Assembly (NCBI GenBank): GCA_038496445.1
Contig: JALMLS010000593.1
Location: forward strand, 124,001 to 188,000
Direction: 5' to 3'
Length of the DNA stretch: 64,000 bases
From: Trichosphaerium sp. ATCC 40318
Taxonomy: Eukaryota > Protista > Tubulinea
Made by a program: the position numbers and the translations under genes. The notes below the pieces were generated by a model, which was not told the DNA's origin, ran no database searches, and saw only the letters and a list, made by a program, of their open reading frames with translations. Shown here piece by piece: positions 36,953 to 50,976 of this stretch (the first letter of the stretch is position 1; every line of letters starts with the position of its first letter).

Positions 36953-39231
36953 CTATTGTTGAATAGAATGGCTTCTCTGAGGATAGTGTTGGTTTTGATG
37001 GTATGTACCAGGAGGAGGTACTTGAGGAGGCATCTGAGAAGATGACATCCTTTGTTGTTGGAATTGAGCCTGTTGAAATTGCAAATGAGGTTGCATTTGA
37101 GGCTGCATTTGAGGTTGTTGATACATGTGTGGTTGATGTGGATGCGGTTGAGGACGCATGCCTTGAGGTTGGTTTGGGTGCGCTGGTAGTTGATTACGCT
37201 GTTGACCACTACCGTACCCACTAGAAAGAGTTAACGGCAAGAAATGATAAACTAAATTTTCGTACGGTCTTGGGGGAATGTAAGGGCCAGTTTGCATCGA
37301 AACAGGGCGCTGGGGTTGGGCAGCCATAGGTTGTGATGGTGCATCATGCATCGATACTGGTCGAGGAGGACGATTTTGAGCCTCTGCGTGTTGTTGTGGT
37401 GGACTATAGAACTGAGGTTGTTGAATATTTTGATGAGACTGAGGAGGACTTTGCTGGGCTTGGTTGGCACGTGATGGTTGGCGTATAGTTGGTACAGCCC
37501 AACTAGGTGCACTACCTTGCCTAGGAGGACTGACTGCACTAACTTGTCTAGGTGGTAGAGAATTGGAGCGTTGAGTAAAGAGTCTATCATGTGAAGAACC
37601 CTCAAGAGGTTTTGGTTCACTGGACAGAAAAGAATTCTTGTACTGGCCGTTTTTCAAGATTGCGCCTTGAGGTAGTTGTTAATCAGTATATTTTTTATCT
37701 TCATGGAAAGTGAATAAGTTTTTGTTTTGGCTTACCTGCAGGTCCTGTAGGAATATATAGTTCTTTTGCTTGAGGTGTTATTTTTAGTACAACTGGTGGG
37801 TTATAGCATTTTAAGTTAATGCAATCAATAGCACGAATATCGTTTGCTACTGTCTGATCATTTCCGATCTGTCCTCCCTTCTGTAGAGCTACAAAAGAAA
37901 TTTAGTTGAAGAAAGAACGCCCACGGCATTACTATTTTACATCAATGGGTAATTGTAAAACGAACCTGTTGCTACAAACACAGGAGAGTATAAATCATAT
38001 AACTCTGTCTTTGACATTTTTTCTTTAGCACCAATACCAAAATCTCTCAACATTTCTTCTGCAGATGGACGTAATTCTTTCAACATGTCAATTAGCTCTA
38101 TCGGTATGCCTTTCTCATGTGTATCCCAAACCCATTCCATCATTTCTGCCTTATCTAGTACTGACATTGGAGCCTTACTACTAGCCCACCAAATACCAGC
38201 ACCATGATATTGATGAATACGTTCAAGAAGTCTAAAAATATTTACACCAGGTTTTCTATCTTCTCTAAAAGCGTCAAGCATTTCATCCTTATTGGATGTA
38301 ACCTCAACAACATAAAGCTCTGATTCTTGTGTCCACTTGTTTGGTAATGATACTATAAGGCCTACATGTACAAATGGCGTCCCTGTAGTGAGCTACAGAA
38401 CAAAAAAGCAATAAATAAATAATTTTGTAATAACAACAAGTGTAGCGCAAAATTTCAAGAAAATCGGGAAAATTATAAAATACCTTGACAATAGAAGGAA
38501 CAAGGCCAACATCACTGTATGCAATTAAGTCTCCAGTTTTGAACTGAGACATGTACTGAGCGTAATAATAGTGGTGGCTATCGGGGCTAGACAGACTACG
38601 GAGCAAGTCCTCAAATATAGCGTTAAAAAATGGAAATAATCGTTTGGATGTAATACCGGTCGCGTTGCGACTATTAATCGGACATGGATATCCCCAGAAG
38701 CGTTTTCTTTTTTAGATTTCGGTTTTTTTCTATTTTGTAGTTTCCACTTGCAATCCTCCGGACATTCCTCTATAGCACCAGCGAGCTGCCTACGAGTATT
38801 GTTATATAGTGGAGGATGACGTCAACTGCTCACTTTGTAAACTGACCACAAAACTTATCCTTCGATAGCACCTGAAATAACAGCTCCTGCGTTGGGGACT
38901 CTCTAAAGCGCGTAAGGATATCATAGAAAGGTTTGAGGCGTACATATAAAAAAACTGCTCCCACTTGGGCGTAACACTCTTTTTGATCACCCTAGTTTTA
39001 TATGACTGCTTCGCAGCCTTTATTTTTACATATGGATCGCTAGTTCCTTATTTTTACATCAGCAAAAATATCAACAGTGTTTTGTTACTAACCACTACTA
39101 CTACTTGTAACGGGTAGGCCCGTTGCCGAAACGACTGCGGAGGTTTAGGGTGAACAATGGTATAAACGTTGTTGCATACCGTATACTATTATCTTACTAT
39201 CCACAGCATTATAATCTCGAAACTTGGACAT
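36953..39231 (-). CDS. C2 domain + permuted papain-like (NlpC/P60) domain + P/Q-rich tail
   Basis: SDPYVKI...KTRVIKKSVTPKWEQ (C2); KTGDLIAYS...PFVHVGLIV (permuted NlpC/P60 N-lobe); low-complexity tail 36953-37657. Confidence 0.65.
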
Positions 39232-39383
39232 ACGCAAGTTGCGGGTAAGTTAGAGTTTTTGTGAAAGTCAAATTTCATTCGAGCGAGATTTCGTCGGCAA
39301 AAAAAGTCAGCAAAGGTCAAAATTGAGTTTTTAATAAATCTTACAAATACGTTCTACTTAACATTGATTTACAATCGCATGCA

Positions 39384-41864
39384 CTATTTTGAGGTATTAA
39401 GCGGACGTTTTGCCCGCTTCCCAAGGGCTTGCTTAAGTTCTGCCATTGCAGCCATTGGCAGGCGATTATTTACATGGCTGTCCTTTTCAGGTGTGCGTTG
39501 AACGTTATTTCCATACGTTTTGGTTCTTAGAGCTGAGCCTATTGTCGGTGAAGACAACCGTTGTTGATGTTTCAGTTTGGGTGTAGTACTAACAACAGGC
39601 ATACTACCTCTTTGTTTTTGAGACTTTAAACTGGAAATCTTTGATTTATCGGAAGGCTCGCTTGCTGTTCTTCGTCGCCTGCAATTGATTAAGTAATTCC
39701 GTGTACGTAATAGATACGTACCTGTGGATACGCTGTTTACGCTTATTTCTGTTGACAGTTAAATATCTTTTGTTGTCCATCTTCTGCCTGTTCGCATAAA
39801 ACTCACCAAGGTGTTGTTTAACGCGTTCTGCTTTATCCACAGCTGCTTTACGCCTTGCATCTATGCGTATAGGGTTAGGTACAAATCAGAATTATCACAA
39901 ACATACCAGAGCGTTGTGATGTCTTCTTTATTAACTTCTCTTTTGCTGCAGATAGCGCTTCAAGCCATGCAGTTTTTTGCATATCTGTGGCCCAGGATAG
40001 TATTATCCTGTCTTCTTGCCCTGCATTTGTGACTTGCGCACAGTGATTGTACTCTAAATGAAAATATAAGCAAATTGCGCTATGTAACACGTGCTTTAAG
40101 AAATACATACCACCAGCAGTATGTACATCATCAATATTGACATTTATAATGTCAAGTTCTATTTGGAACTTCCACATTTGTTGTGGCTTTGCTGTAGCTG
40201 CAGCAAGAAAATTGGTAGTAAGTTTTAGTTGTGATGCTAATAATAGCTTATCACTAAGTAATACACAAAGCCTAGGCTTCTCTTTTCCTCTGACTACCTC
40301 AGATATTACATCTTCACGAAGAACGTGTCTATTTTGTGACACAACATGCTATAAAGAGTTCAGTCAGGAGAAGAAATTAAAGATAAAATAATAATAAAAA
40401 AAATGTTTTCTACGAAAAAAAACTCACCGGTGGTAAGTCTTGTATCTTCTCAAAGGTTTTCAATAGCTCGTGCACACCATGTGCAAGCTCTGCCTTTTCA
40501 TTAATATAGTCTGCCATCTCAACAATCTACAGAAAATGAGTACGAAGTGAAATAAAAATAAAATTCCATTTTTGGGTAAAATCGTTTTTTACCTTTTTGA
40601 GCGCTAACTGAAGGCTAGCATAATCTCCATGCGTTTTCCATGTTTTTTTAAGAAGCTAATGACGAAGGAATAAGCATTGTACGGTTGAGAAAAAAGTAAA
40701 ATAAAAGACTTACTTGTTGAAGTAATAACTGATAACGTGGAACTCTTTGTATTGGATTTATAAGCATACTAAGTAATTTTACAAAATCAGCTTCTCCAAA
40801 TTCTTTCTACAAACATTCAACAGGTGAGTACGTAAAAGAACAAGCAAATAAAAGTGACATTAACATACCACACATAATTTGGAAAAAAGATCAATTTGAA
40901 GACATTTCTTCAAGCTAGCTTCTATGCCATGATAATAATCAACATAAATTGTATAAGAACGCAGCATCTTGGCCTACAGAAGAACAAATATAAGCAAATG
41001 ACAAAAAGAATTAATCAATGAACATCTCTCTAACATACCAAGCTATCAAAAACATCACCAAGGCGTTGTGTAGCTGACCATGTTTGTATACGCTCTTTAA
41101 AGAGAAAAAAAAAATGTCAACTTGATTGCAAAGCACGTTTATTTTGCCTACCTGTGAGCTTTTCTAAAAATTGTGTATTCACCATGACAATAATTTCTAT
41201 GTTAGGCAGAAGCTGTATTAGGTGTTTTGCTGGTACTTTTAGCTCTGCTTCCTGGCTAAGAGGTTGTAGGAATTTCTAAAAGAGTCGTCAGAGGAGGGTA
41301 TTGCTATGTGTGCTCTTATAAAGGACGTACAACTGCTTTGGTCATGTTGTCCAAATATGTTTTTTCTGTGTCTATCATCTCCTTGGCAATGTATGTTCTT
41401 GTTTTCTGTAGTTTAGTGCGCTTCTTTAGCAATTGTACGGCATTCCACCTGAATTTTAGTCAATTCGTGGTTTAGCATTTTAAACGTGCCTGCGAAGGTG
41501 ATTTTGCGCTTGGATTATACGAGCAGCATTTATCGGGTCTATGTAATGCTTTTCGATTGTTACCGGTTCTAAGTCTTTGTCTCTCTTGAAGTTTCGTCGC
41601 TTTTGCGTGACAGTTAGCTTGTCCTGTGCGTGAGGTGAGCAATTTAGCTATAAAACTAGTATTTCATGATTTACCCTTGCATGCGCTTGATAAGATCGCG
41701 GGGTTGGCGCACACTTCGTGGGCCTCTTCGCCTTTCTTGTTGGGGACTGAATGGATTGCCTGGAGTTAGACGATGACGCTGAAATTTACTTAGACCATGT
41801 AGTTTGAATAATACGTACTAGAGTTTGATCTGGATAGTGGTGGAACAATTTGTGGTGGTTCCAT
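39384..41864 (-). CDS. RhoGEF (DH-PH) with an IQ-like motif
   Basis: AARIIQA, IAKEMIDTEKTYLDNM, LIIPIQRVPRYQLLL..LLKKT...HGDY..L..AL, and the PH segment RLCVLLSDKLLLA...W. Confidence 0.9.
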
Positions 41865-42119
41865 TTTGAATTTAATCAGTAATACCTTATTTTACCTATC
41901 GTACTACATTAACATACATAGTAGCGATGCTTTTATAAGTCTGTAAATGTAAATTAAGGATTTGTCTTATTTGGTCTTCTTTTATTCAAATATCGTATAT
42001 TCCAGTTTTACTAATGAATACGACACTGCTAACGCAAAAATACCATCCATAACTATACGTACAAACGGTATTTAAGCGTTTTTATTTTATTCCAAAAACA
42101 AACTACTAATGATGTCGTA

Positions 42120-44419
42120 TTATAACTTGCTTGTTATTTTCTTCTTATTTTGATGTAATTGCTTCACAAACGTTACAAACCCAGAATCTGAAGGAAAAGT
42201 TTCACTTTTCGGAGGTGCTAAATCCCATATTTCATCCAACCTTTTATCTGGAGGAAATAGCTTATTAAGACCTCTTGGGTTAGGTTTGTCAAGGGAATTT
42301 AATAATCTACGAATCCTAATAGTTTTGTTAAGAAATAGAACTCGAATTTGGTCAAGTATCACGTGCCTTACGCCAGGTATAATAAAACCAATACGAGGAA
42401 TAACTCTTGCGTCTTTTTGTCGATATGTTTTTATCCTTGTGTTTGATGCTATCATGCCTAGCGCCTCCATAGTGTCAGCTTTCACCAAGATACCTAGAGG
42501 AGTTAATTATGTATGTAAGGTTTTTTTTAAAAGCTAGAAGCGTACCTCCTGACGCTCCAGCGTAGATCTCAGCATCAGTTTGAATTACTGCTGGCACTTT
42601 TTTGTGGAATGTTATTTTTGAGATAATACCTTTCCTGACACTTATGCGTTCTCCTTGAGAGTATCCGATAGCAAAAACACGTGTTCCAACCTCACTTAAT
42701 ATCAGAAGCACAAAAGAATTTGATCAACGCTTACCTTTGGGTCTTGTGTACACCATTTTATTTGTTCGTAATTATCATCTATTGGTGTACCTTTTGTTGT
42801 TGGCATATGTATGAGAGAAAGATCGCTTGCTGCTGTCCTTCCTCTCCATAACATTTTACCAGTTGTATAGTACCGGCCTTCCTGTAGCGAAGATATTAGT
42901 TCAACGGTTCTTTGTGAGCCTTGTTTATACCTCAAACTGTAGGCCTACTTTGCTACCAACTTTAACGGACTTTGTTAGTTCACCGAAAATGTGGCTGCAC
43001 GTCATAACATCAGTAAAATGTCAAGGAAAAAGAGATAGGTAAGACAAATAGAAATAACGATCGCTTGGATACAGTTCTTAGCTATGCGTATACCAGTAGC
43101 TTGAAAAGATTGAAATCTTATCAAAGGTATACTAGACATCAGTTTTAGGAGTGCACGAGGCTTGTTTTGAAGAGTGACACGTGAGGTATTGAAAAAACTC
43201 TGTTTTTTCATGTCTAGCATTATTGCATAAGCTGGAACAGCAAATGACAAACTTAGCCGTGGATCGTCACCAAAAGCAATTGGAGGTAGCTAGGAGCACA
43301 TTAGATATTATTCATTCAAGTGTCTTACCATTATACCCACCAAGCTACCCTGCATATCAAATACTGGACCACCTATCAACAGAAGAGTTATTTCAAAGAT
43401 GGTACTTTCATTTTTACCTTCTTCTCCAGGAAGTACTGTTCTATCAAGTTGAAGCAAACCATCTGGAGGTGTACTCCGACTACTGCCTGTCCTAGACACT
43501 TTATTCACTATGGAACATCTTAGAGCTTGATTGCAAAACTGTCCTTCTAGCTATTAGCAGAGTCGTCAACGTAAAAGAACCAAACCTTCATCAATGAGCG
43601 CAAGTGGGCTAGATACTGCTACAACGTCCTCTCCCTAATCCAGTAAGTAAGAGCAAAATGAGGCAATACTTTACCTTGTACACGCTTGATGAGTCTCTGA
43701 TGTTAAGAATTGGCAACACTCTCAACTTTGGAGGTACTTTAGATAACTGTAGGATGCATACAGAGTCGAAAAAATGTGCATTCTGTATTACAGTGAATAA
43801 CTACCATACTATAGTTTTTTTTTAAAGTCTCTTACCATGTCACCATGTGATTCTGCATTGCAATGATCATAACCTAACTGTGCACGTGAGAAAACAAAAA
43901 AAATCTGGTATTTTTACTGTTACCTGCCACTTGGAAAAGAATCGATCAGTAACATTTGTGAGCGCTAGAAAGGATTCTTTAATGCGTTGTACGCTTATAA
44001 TATTGCAATCAACCCAAAATGGACTGCTATACGTTAAAACGTCGTTTAAACATAAAAAAACGCTCACCTGTCGTTTGTTTTCGCTTGTAACTCTATCTGT
44101 GATATTAGAGGCATTATTTCGCTTGTAAAGTACCTGTTCCGTCAGCAAGTTGACTAGAAAGCGCATTCCTAAGTCGTTGAGTACGTATAACAGGTTTGGC
44201 ACTGTACCAAAACGGAACTAGTATAGTGGCACTAGTCAATAATAAACCGGTTCGAGCGTCCAGTACAACAGCCGAACAACTGATGCTTGTACGTCCACCA
44301 CTTGCTTTAAAGAAACCACGGCCTTTGGCAGCCCTTAGCGTACTATCTCGACCGCTTATTCTAATTGCTACGCCATATTGTATGGCTGCTGCATGCAAGC
44401 CACCGCTTGATGTGTTCAT
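42120..44419 (-). CDS. Peroxisomal leader peptide-processing protease (TYSND1/DEG15-like)
   Basis: Two trypsin-like domains (second with TCSHI, DLSLI, GASGG) and a C-terminal PTS1 SKL. Confidence 0.85.
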
Positions 44420-44503
44420 TGTACAATTTCACTATTAAGAATTTAATAGACTTCACAATAGTCAGAGCGGACACCACCATAACGTTGGTAATATCCTCAA
44501 TAC

Positions 44504-46779
44504 ATGTTTACGCGCTTAGCATGCAGGACACCTACAACTACCTACCGTCACTCCAAACGGTATAAATGCGCCAGGATACGCGTAAGAAGAGCTAATGTGG
44601 CAGTTAACAGGATTATACAACATTATTGTACTACAGTTGTAAATAAGGACTATGAAGAAGAAGTACAGCGTAAAATGGCTGAATACGTTAAATCTGCGCC
44701 ATTTGCCGCTCTTACGTTGGATTACACACACGAAACACCTGAACAAACTCATCAAAGACTCACTGAAGGCTTATTCCGTGCTATAGACGTTTATAAAGAA
44801 AAAGCAGCAAAGGGCGAGATTCTCCCAGAGCTTTTTTCAGGAAATGACGATCTATCAGCTACAAATGTCATGGATGTACTAGCAGATAAGTCAAAGTATG
44901 ATATGTGCCTAGCAAGCTTCGATTTGATGCGTGCAATGATAAGATACGATGAGTACGTTTTTCCTATGATGTGCTAAAGATAGCTCGCTAATTGTCTTTC
45001 TTTTTGTTTTGTTTCTTTTTTTTCTCGTTTGGTTTTCGTCTACCAATGCTCATACTGTATCATTTTATACTCTAGTATGTATTGTATACTGTGCTAAAAG
45101 GAAAGTTTTGATGCAGGGCAATCAAGCTAGCAAACAGTTCAAACTTTTTTTCTTTTGTTTGTTTTTTTACTATGTTTAACATTGGATGTAGTTGGCAAGC
45201 GCCTTCGTTTGTGGTTTCAAACAAGAATGATTTACAGCACTTTTTAATAAAAGATACCTTGGGAGCAGAAGGTGAAAGAGATAAAGCAATGACATTGTTT
45301 ACTGATACCACAAGGTTCTATGATCACAGCGATAAAAGTAAGTTCAAAAAAGGAAAATTATAAGATCTACTGGAACAATGATGCTTACTTCTATTGCAGC
45401 AAGTGTTTTACCTGTTAGCCTTCATAAATTTGCAGGTACTTGTGTACATATATACAATCATAGAACAATCAAATTTTATACTCAATGCTGAGCTCACAAT
45501 GTTTAAGACAAATACTCTTTAAGTCATGATTTTTTTTTCTCTGTTTTTTTTCAACAAATGTCCAACTTCTTCGTTCTCAAAGCACATATAGTTTGTAGTA
45601 CCATATGATATCCTAACGTTCTATTACACTTTAGGACATGAATTGTTTAATACTATCCATGAAACAATCATTGAACTGAGTCTATCTGAAAAGAAGTTAT
45701 CTGGACTTTGGATAAACAAGGGTGATGCATCAACTGCTGTTCATCTTCCATTAGATGTAAAAGAATCTAAATGGATATCTTACCTACTTCGTTTACAACA
45801 AGGTATGATTATTGAGGATTTATTAAAGCAAGATACAAGTGAAGATTACAGATGGCAGAGTTTTTTCCGTGAAGCAACATTCTACGTTGTACTTGTTAAG
45901 ACTGCGGAGAAATCAGCAGTCTTTGTACCAGCCAATATGAAGATAGGTACAAAAGACACAGAACAACAAAATACTAGGTTTTTCAGTGTACGTACAAAGA
46001 TTTCTGATGTTGTTAGAAATTTCGAAAAACTGGTTTTTTTTTTTTGTTTTGAAAAGGTATGTGGCTATTTATTTGGATGTCTCACTATCCAGTCACAATG
46101 ATATCAATTTACACGAGTATAATCAAATTGCAAGACATAGAGCATATTTACGTTTTAAGGTTTTGAACCTTTTCATCGCCGTGACCATGTGTTTTTACCA
46201 AAGGTCCTTTTTTGGTTTTTTACAAGTTGTTAGGTTTTTACAACTCCAGAACATGCGCTCCAATCAGCTTTATCTGTACATACAAAGGTTCGTAGAGATG
46301 GTCGCAATATGATAATTGCAGAATATACAGGTATAGTCTTAGAATAAGAGAAATTTCCCTGCGTCTGTCACATAGCAAAACTAAAACAACCCGAAAGGTC
46401 AAGAAATAGCTATGTTGGCAGAAAAAATGAAAGAAAGATTTCCAGCTGGTATCAGCGTAAATATGACTACGTCAGACAGTGGCATCATAGCCAATGTACC
46501 TACAACATCTATTATTACTGCTTTTATCAGTAACACATTCTTTTAGTTTATAAGAAGAGACTCAGAGTACACAGGCTTTTACGGCTTTGAACCACGTATG
46601 TTTTTATTTTTATTTTACACCAATTGTCTTTTCTTAAAACTTTCTCACTGAGTTGTTGATGAATAATTGTTTTTGCTACAGATATCGTGTTAGAAGGATA
46701 TCACCTTGCTGAAAAAGCAAAAGAAAAAGTAGTCAGTAAGCACGTGGAAATGCAATACAAAAAGGACCCGGCTGAGTGA
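44504..46779 (+). CDS. Hypothetical multi-exon protein, possibly mitochondrial with helical (PPR-like) segments
   Basis: R/T-rich N-terminus without acidic residues; chained exons 44504-44950, 45062-45110, 45260-45340, 45636-46300 and onward to TGA at about 46777-46779. Confidence 0.45.
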
Positions 46780-46988
46780 AAAAAACTCAAAAAAAAAATC
46801 CAATAAAGTCATACCTTGTAATTACTCTTAACAGTATGCTGAGCTTTTTCTTTTTTTTTGTGAGACAAGGAATTGGTGTGAGACTATAATTGCTATAAAA
46901 AGCTTATATGTTTGATATCATAATATTTATTTACAAGCATACAAAATATATCTCTTTGTTCTTTTGGTTTTGTTGGTTTTTGTTTTTT

Positions 46989-49900
46989 CTATGAAAAGCT
47001 CAATATGGGTTCATCTTCAAACTCTTCTTCAGTCTCAAAGTTTGTTTCAGTCTCACTCTCGCTCACATGTTCCTCTTCAATTTCTGTAACGATTTCTTCT
47101 GTATTCGTAACAGCTTGAACCTGAAAAGAAGAAAAAATTAGCAAAAAAGAGTTGAAAGAAAAAACCATCCGCAAAACGTGGAATAAAATCAAAAAGAACA
47201 AAGAGAAGGGGCTGATACAACAAAAGATATCAATCCAAAGAAGAAACATCTGCTAAACAAAAAAAGAGAAGAATTTGAACAACTTGAGAACAAGTTGAAC
47301 TATAGTTTACACTGCTCAATATCGTTCCTTGTGTTGAACTTGTGTTCTTTAGAATTTTCAAAAAAAAAAGGATGATGTTTTACAGCAGAAAAGAAAAAAA
47401 GAAGAAATGAAGTAGATTCTCAATTGTACCTCCAAGGCTTTGTTTATACTATCAAGTAAATCTCTAATCATCGTTGACTTCTTTTGATTATACTGTAATA
47501 ACTCCTTCACTTGCTCATTTGCTGTATTATTAGTTTCTGTTATAATAACAGTTGATTTTTCAATCTCAACTTGTGCTTTAGTAGTCTGTTTAGTCTTCTC
47601 AACAAGTGTCTTGTGTTGTTCGTTCAACCAACTCATATAATCTTTAAGTTCTCTACAGTTAACTGTTAGACACTAAAGGCTAACCCTACGGTAACGAGGT
47701 CGTACGCATTATCCTGCTTAAGTTGTTCAAGCTCGTTCTTAAGTCTTTCATTAGTGTCGGCGATCTCATCAAGTTGCTATAAAGTCGCATCAGTCTTAAT
47801 CAGTTCTGGTCTTGAAGATGCTTGTGTACCTCTTTTAACTCTGCCACGGAGGTACCTTCAACACCTAGAGTACTGGACATAGCTGCTTGAAGGGCTCTAG
47901 CCTATTTGTACTTGTAAGAAATAACTGAGAAACAATAGGCTTATGCACCTTTTTTTCGGCTTCTAGTAATGCTTTTTCAAGTTCTTGCATTTTGTTTTGA
48001 AGCTCTTCGTTCTTTATCTCAGCGTCCCTAAGCATATCCCTTACATCAAACTCTCCACCATCTTCACCAGACTCCACTTGTAAAGTGAGCTGTGCGATAC
48101 GTTTGGAATAAGATACGCTCTTTCTTTTAATTTGTTGCAAGCTGGCCTAATTAAATAAGTTAAGACGTATTTTTCTAACAAGGGATTAAGTCTTAAAAAC
48201 CACGTTACCTTTGTAGCTTTTAGTACTTCCATCAACTTTGCCATTTCCTTAGATATCGATGCAACTGCTCCATCACGTTCAGCAACCAAGTCTCGGCATC
48301 TAAAAAAAAGAGAAGAGGATCAGTTGTTTGATTGGTTTTTTTTTTTTGCAAACCTTTTTTCTAGTTCCAAGTTCTTCTGCTCCAACGACATTAGGTCACT
48401 TTCTTTTCCTTCTTTGTACTCAATAAACTCTTGATCCTTCTCTTCTACAATCTTTTCAAGTTCTTCTGCCTTTTGTAAATGTCCTGAGAGAGATTTCGAT
48501 TGTTTTATGAGCTTTTGTCTCATATTATCTGCTTTTTTCTTTTGATTCTCAACTGCCTTTTGAGAAGACTCAAGCTTTGTCTCTGCTTCAGCAAGTTGCT
48601 CTTTTAGGTCTTGTATATCTTTTAAACTAGATTCAACGAGCTAATAGAGTATAAGTCAATCATAAAACTCCTTACGAATAATAATAAACATACGACATGC
48701 TTCTCAGAAATTACACCAACATGTCTTTCAACTTCGGACTTGTGTGATTCAAGGTCATCATCCTTTGCCTTAAGAACTTCTTTAAGCTTCTTAACTTGGA
48801 CATCAAGCTCCTCCTTCTCCTAAAAACAGATTTAAGTCTCAACAGAAGCAAGTCTGAAACAAAAATTGTAAAAAACCCAAAAAACTGCCTTTCGTACTTT
48901 TTTTATTTCACCAATTGTTTTGTCCTTCTCAATACTTTCAGCAGTTTGAGTATCAAGCATTTTCTGCTGATCAGCTGTTTGCTCTTGTAAATTATCAACA
49001 AGTATTTTACGCTCTTCTTGTCCACGTGTAAGCGCATCAACTTGTTCTTGAAGTGTTGTATTCGAAGCAGTAAGCTCAGTAACATTATTCAACGCTTCTT
49101 GAAGTTTCGCTTCCAACTCCTTCCGCTCATTATCTTTCTTTTCAATCTCCTCCATATCAGCTACAAGCATAACCATTAAGATAGACAGCACATCCATAAA
49201 GCTTTAGGCAACTTTAAGCCAAACAAAAGGTACGTACAATTAATTTTTGATTGCTTTTCATTAACTGAATCTGTCAACTCTGCCACTGATTTCTCAAGCG
49301 CTATAATCTTTTCTTTACGCTCCTTTAGTGTAGTTTCTGATTCATCAACCATTTTAGCAAGTGCATTAGCACGAACCTTAGCGTTATTCGCTAATTGTGT
49401 TGTAACAGTAACTTGTGTAGTTGCTTCAGTTAACTTTGTAACACTTTCTTCATAAGCAATCTCTTTTTCCTGTAAAGAATCTTCAAGACCTTTAATAATA
49501 GTATCCTTTTCACTATCGGTCTTTTCTCTTGTTTGAATGATAACAACATACTCCTGAACTTTCTTTGTGGCAAACTCAAGTTGGTCAGTCAGTTTTTTAA
49601 TCTCTTCATCTTGATTGGTAATCTTAACTCCTTTCTCACCAACCTGACCTTCTAACTCTTGTACAAGCACCCTAAAAAAATCAATCAAAAAATCAAACAA
49701 AAAGAAATAAAAAGATGAATAAAACGAACTTTAGTCTATCCAACTCGCCGTTATCCACAGGGACTGGTGCTGGTTTCGGTTTAGGTTTTGGAGCAGCTTT
49801 TTTTGGTGCAGGTTTTGGAGCTTTAGCAACAGGCTTAGCGGTCTGATAATGGCAATGTTAGAGTTATAATTTATAATGTAATAAGTTCATTAACGTACGT

Positions 49901-50847
49901 TTTTAAAGTACGATACATATGTCATGATAACTGTCTCATCAGGTACATTAGGATAAACATCTTGAGGCTCCAAAATTTGTGGAATGCTTAGCTGTTTCAA
50001 AAAAAAAATCGTTTAGAAACACGTGAGTAATAATTAGTGGTACCTCTGCTTCAGCAATCGTAAACGCGCGTTTCAAGTTATCTAATTGAGTGTCCTATAT
50101 TGTCTTAATACTACAGACACTAACACAGCTTTTGTGTGCGGTTCCCTACCGGTTTGAAGGTGTTCAAGTCAACAGCGTCTGGAACGAAGGAATGTGTCAA
50201 ACAAGCAAATGCCATACCATCTTGGAAGCTAAGGGGTTGTATTGTAAGTGATTAAAGCGTCAGTGAAGGGTTTAGTCTTTTACCTTGTACTAAAGTTCTT
50301 AACGTCACACTGAGGGTAGTCAGTAAGCCGTGTGTTAGACCAAGAGAGTAGCGCTGAACGAGCAATATTTTGAAACTTGAGAATAAGAGTCCAAATTAAA
50401 CCCATTACTAGCGTTGTTTTACCGTCGTATATGTCTGTCTCGTGTCAACAAAAAAAAAAAACTTTTTGGTTGTTTTTTTTTAGAATTATTACCTTGTGCG
50501 CCACACGTAATTCTGACACCGTGTTTATTTATAGCGTCCAGTAGGCGTGTTAATTTGCTTATATGCTGCATTTTAAAGGCAGCAGTGACACGTCGTTTCT
50601 TTTTTTCTCTCCATTGGAATGGTAGGTCCTCGCCCGTTAGTAGCTCTATCAAATGGAACAAGTATAACTCTGTTCGAAGATCCTCCACTACATCTGTTAA
50701 AGCCAGCTCTCTACGCGCCAGGAATGTATTAACCCAGTTACCGTATACCTAATTAACGTTAAGAGGAGTATTTTTTTTCGCTAAAACCTTTTTTTGGGAG
50801 GCAACACGCTCTTGGTTCGCGTTTTTAAAGTTATCATCTAGGCTCAT
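46989..50847 (-). CDS. CH-CH actin-binding domain + long coiled coil (cortexillin/interaptin-like)
   Basis: QKKVYGNWVN, LVMGLIWTLIL, SALLSW, FQDGMAFACL, PDETVIMTYVS, a P/K/A linker, then heptad E/K-rich exons. Confidence 0.8.
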
Positions 50848-50976
50848 GCTAAGAGCTACAGCGTTTGAGCGAAGGGACTAACGAAACTACAAATAAGTGC
50901 GGTTGATGTGATATTTAAGACATAATTAATTCACAGCCGTCGATACTACATGCGAAGTCTGTAAATATAGGACCTA

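Noticed and set aside
8372-50847. Three CH-domain actin-binding genes as a functional cluster
   Set aside because: They are separated by many unrelated genes and belong to different subfamilies; chance is plausible in an amoeboid genome.
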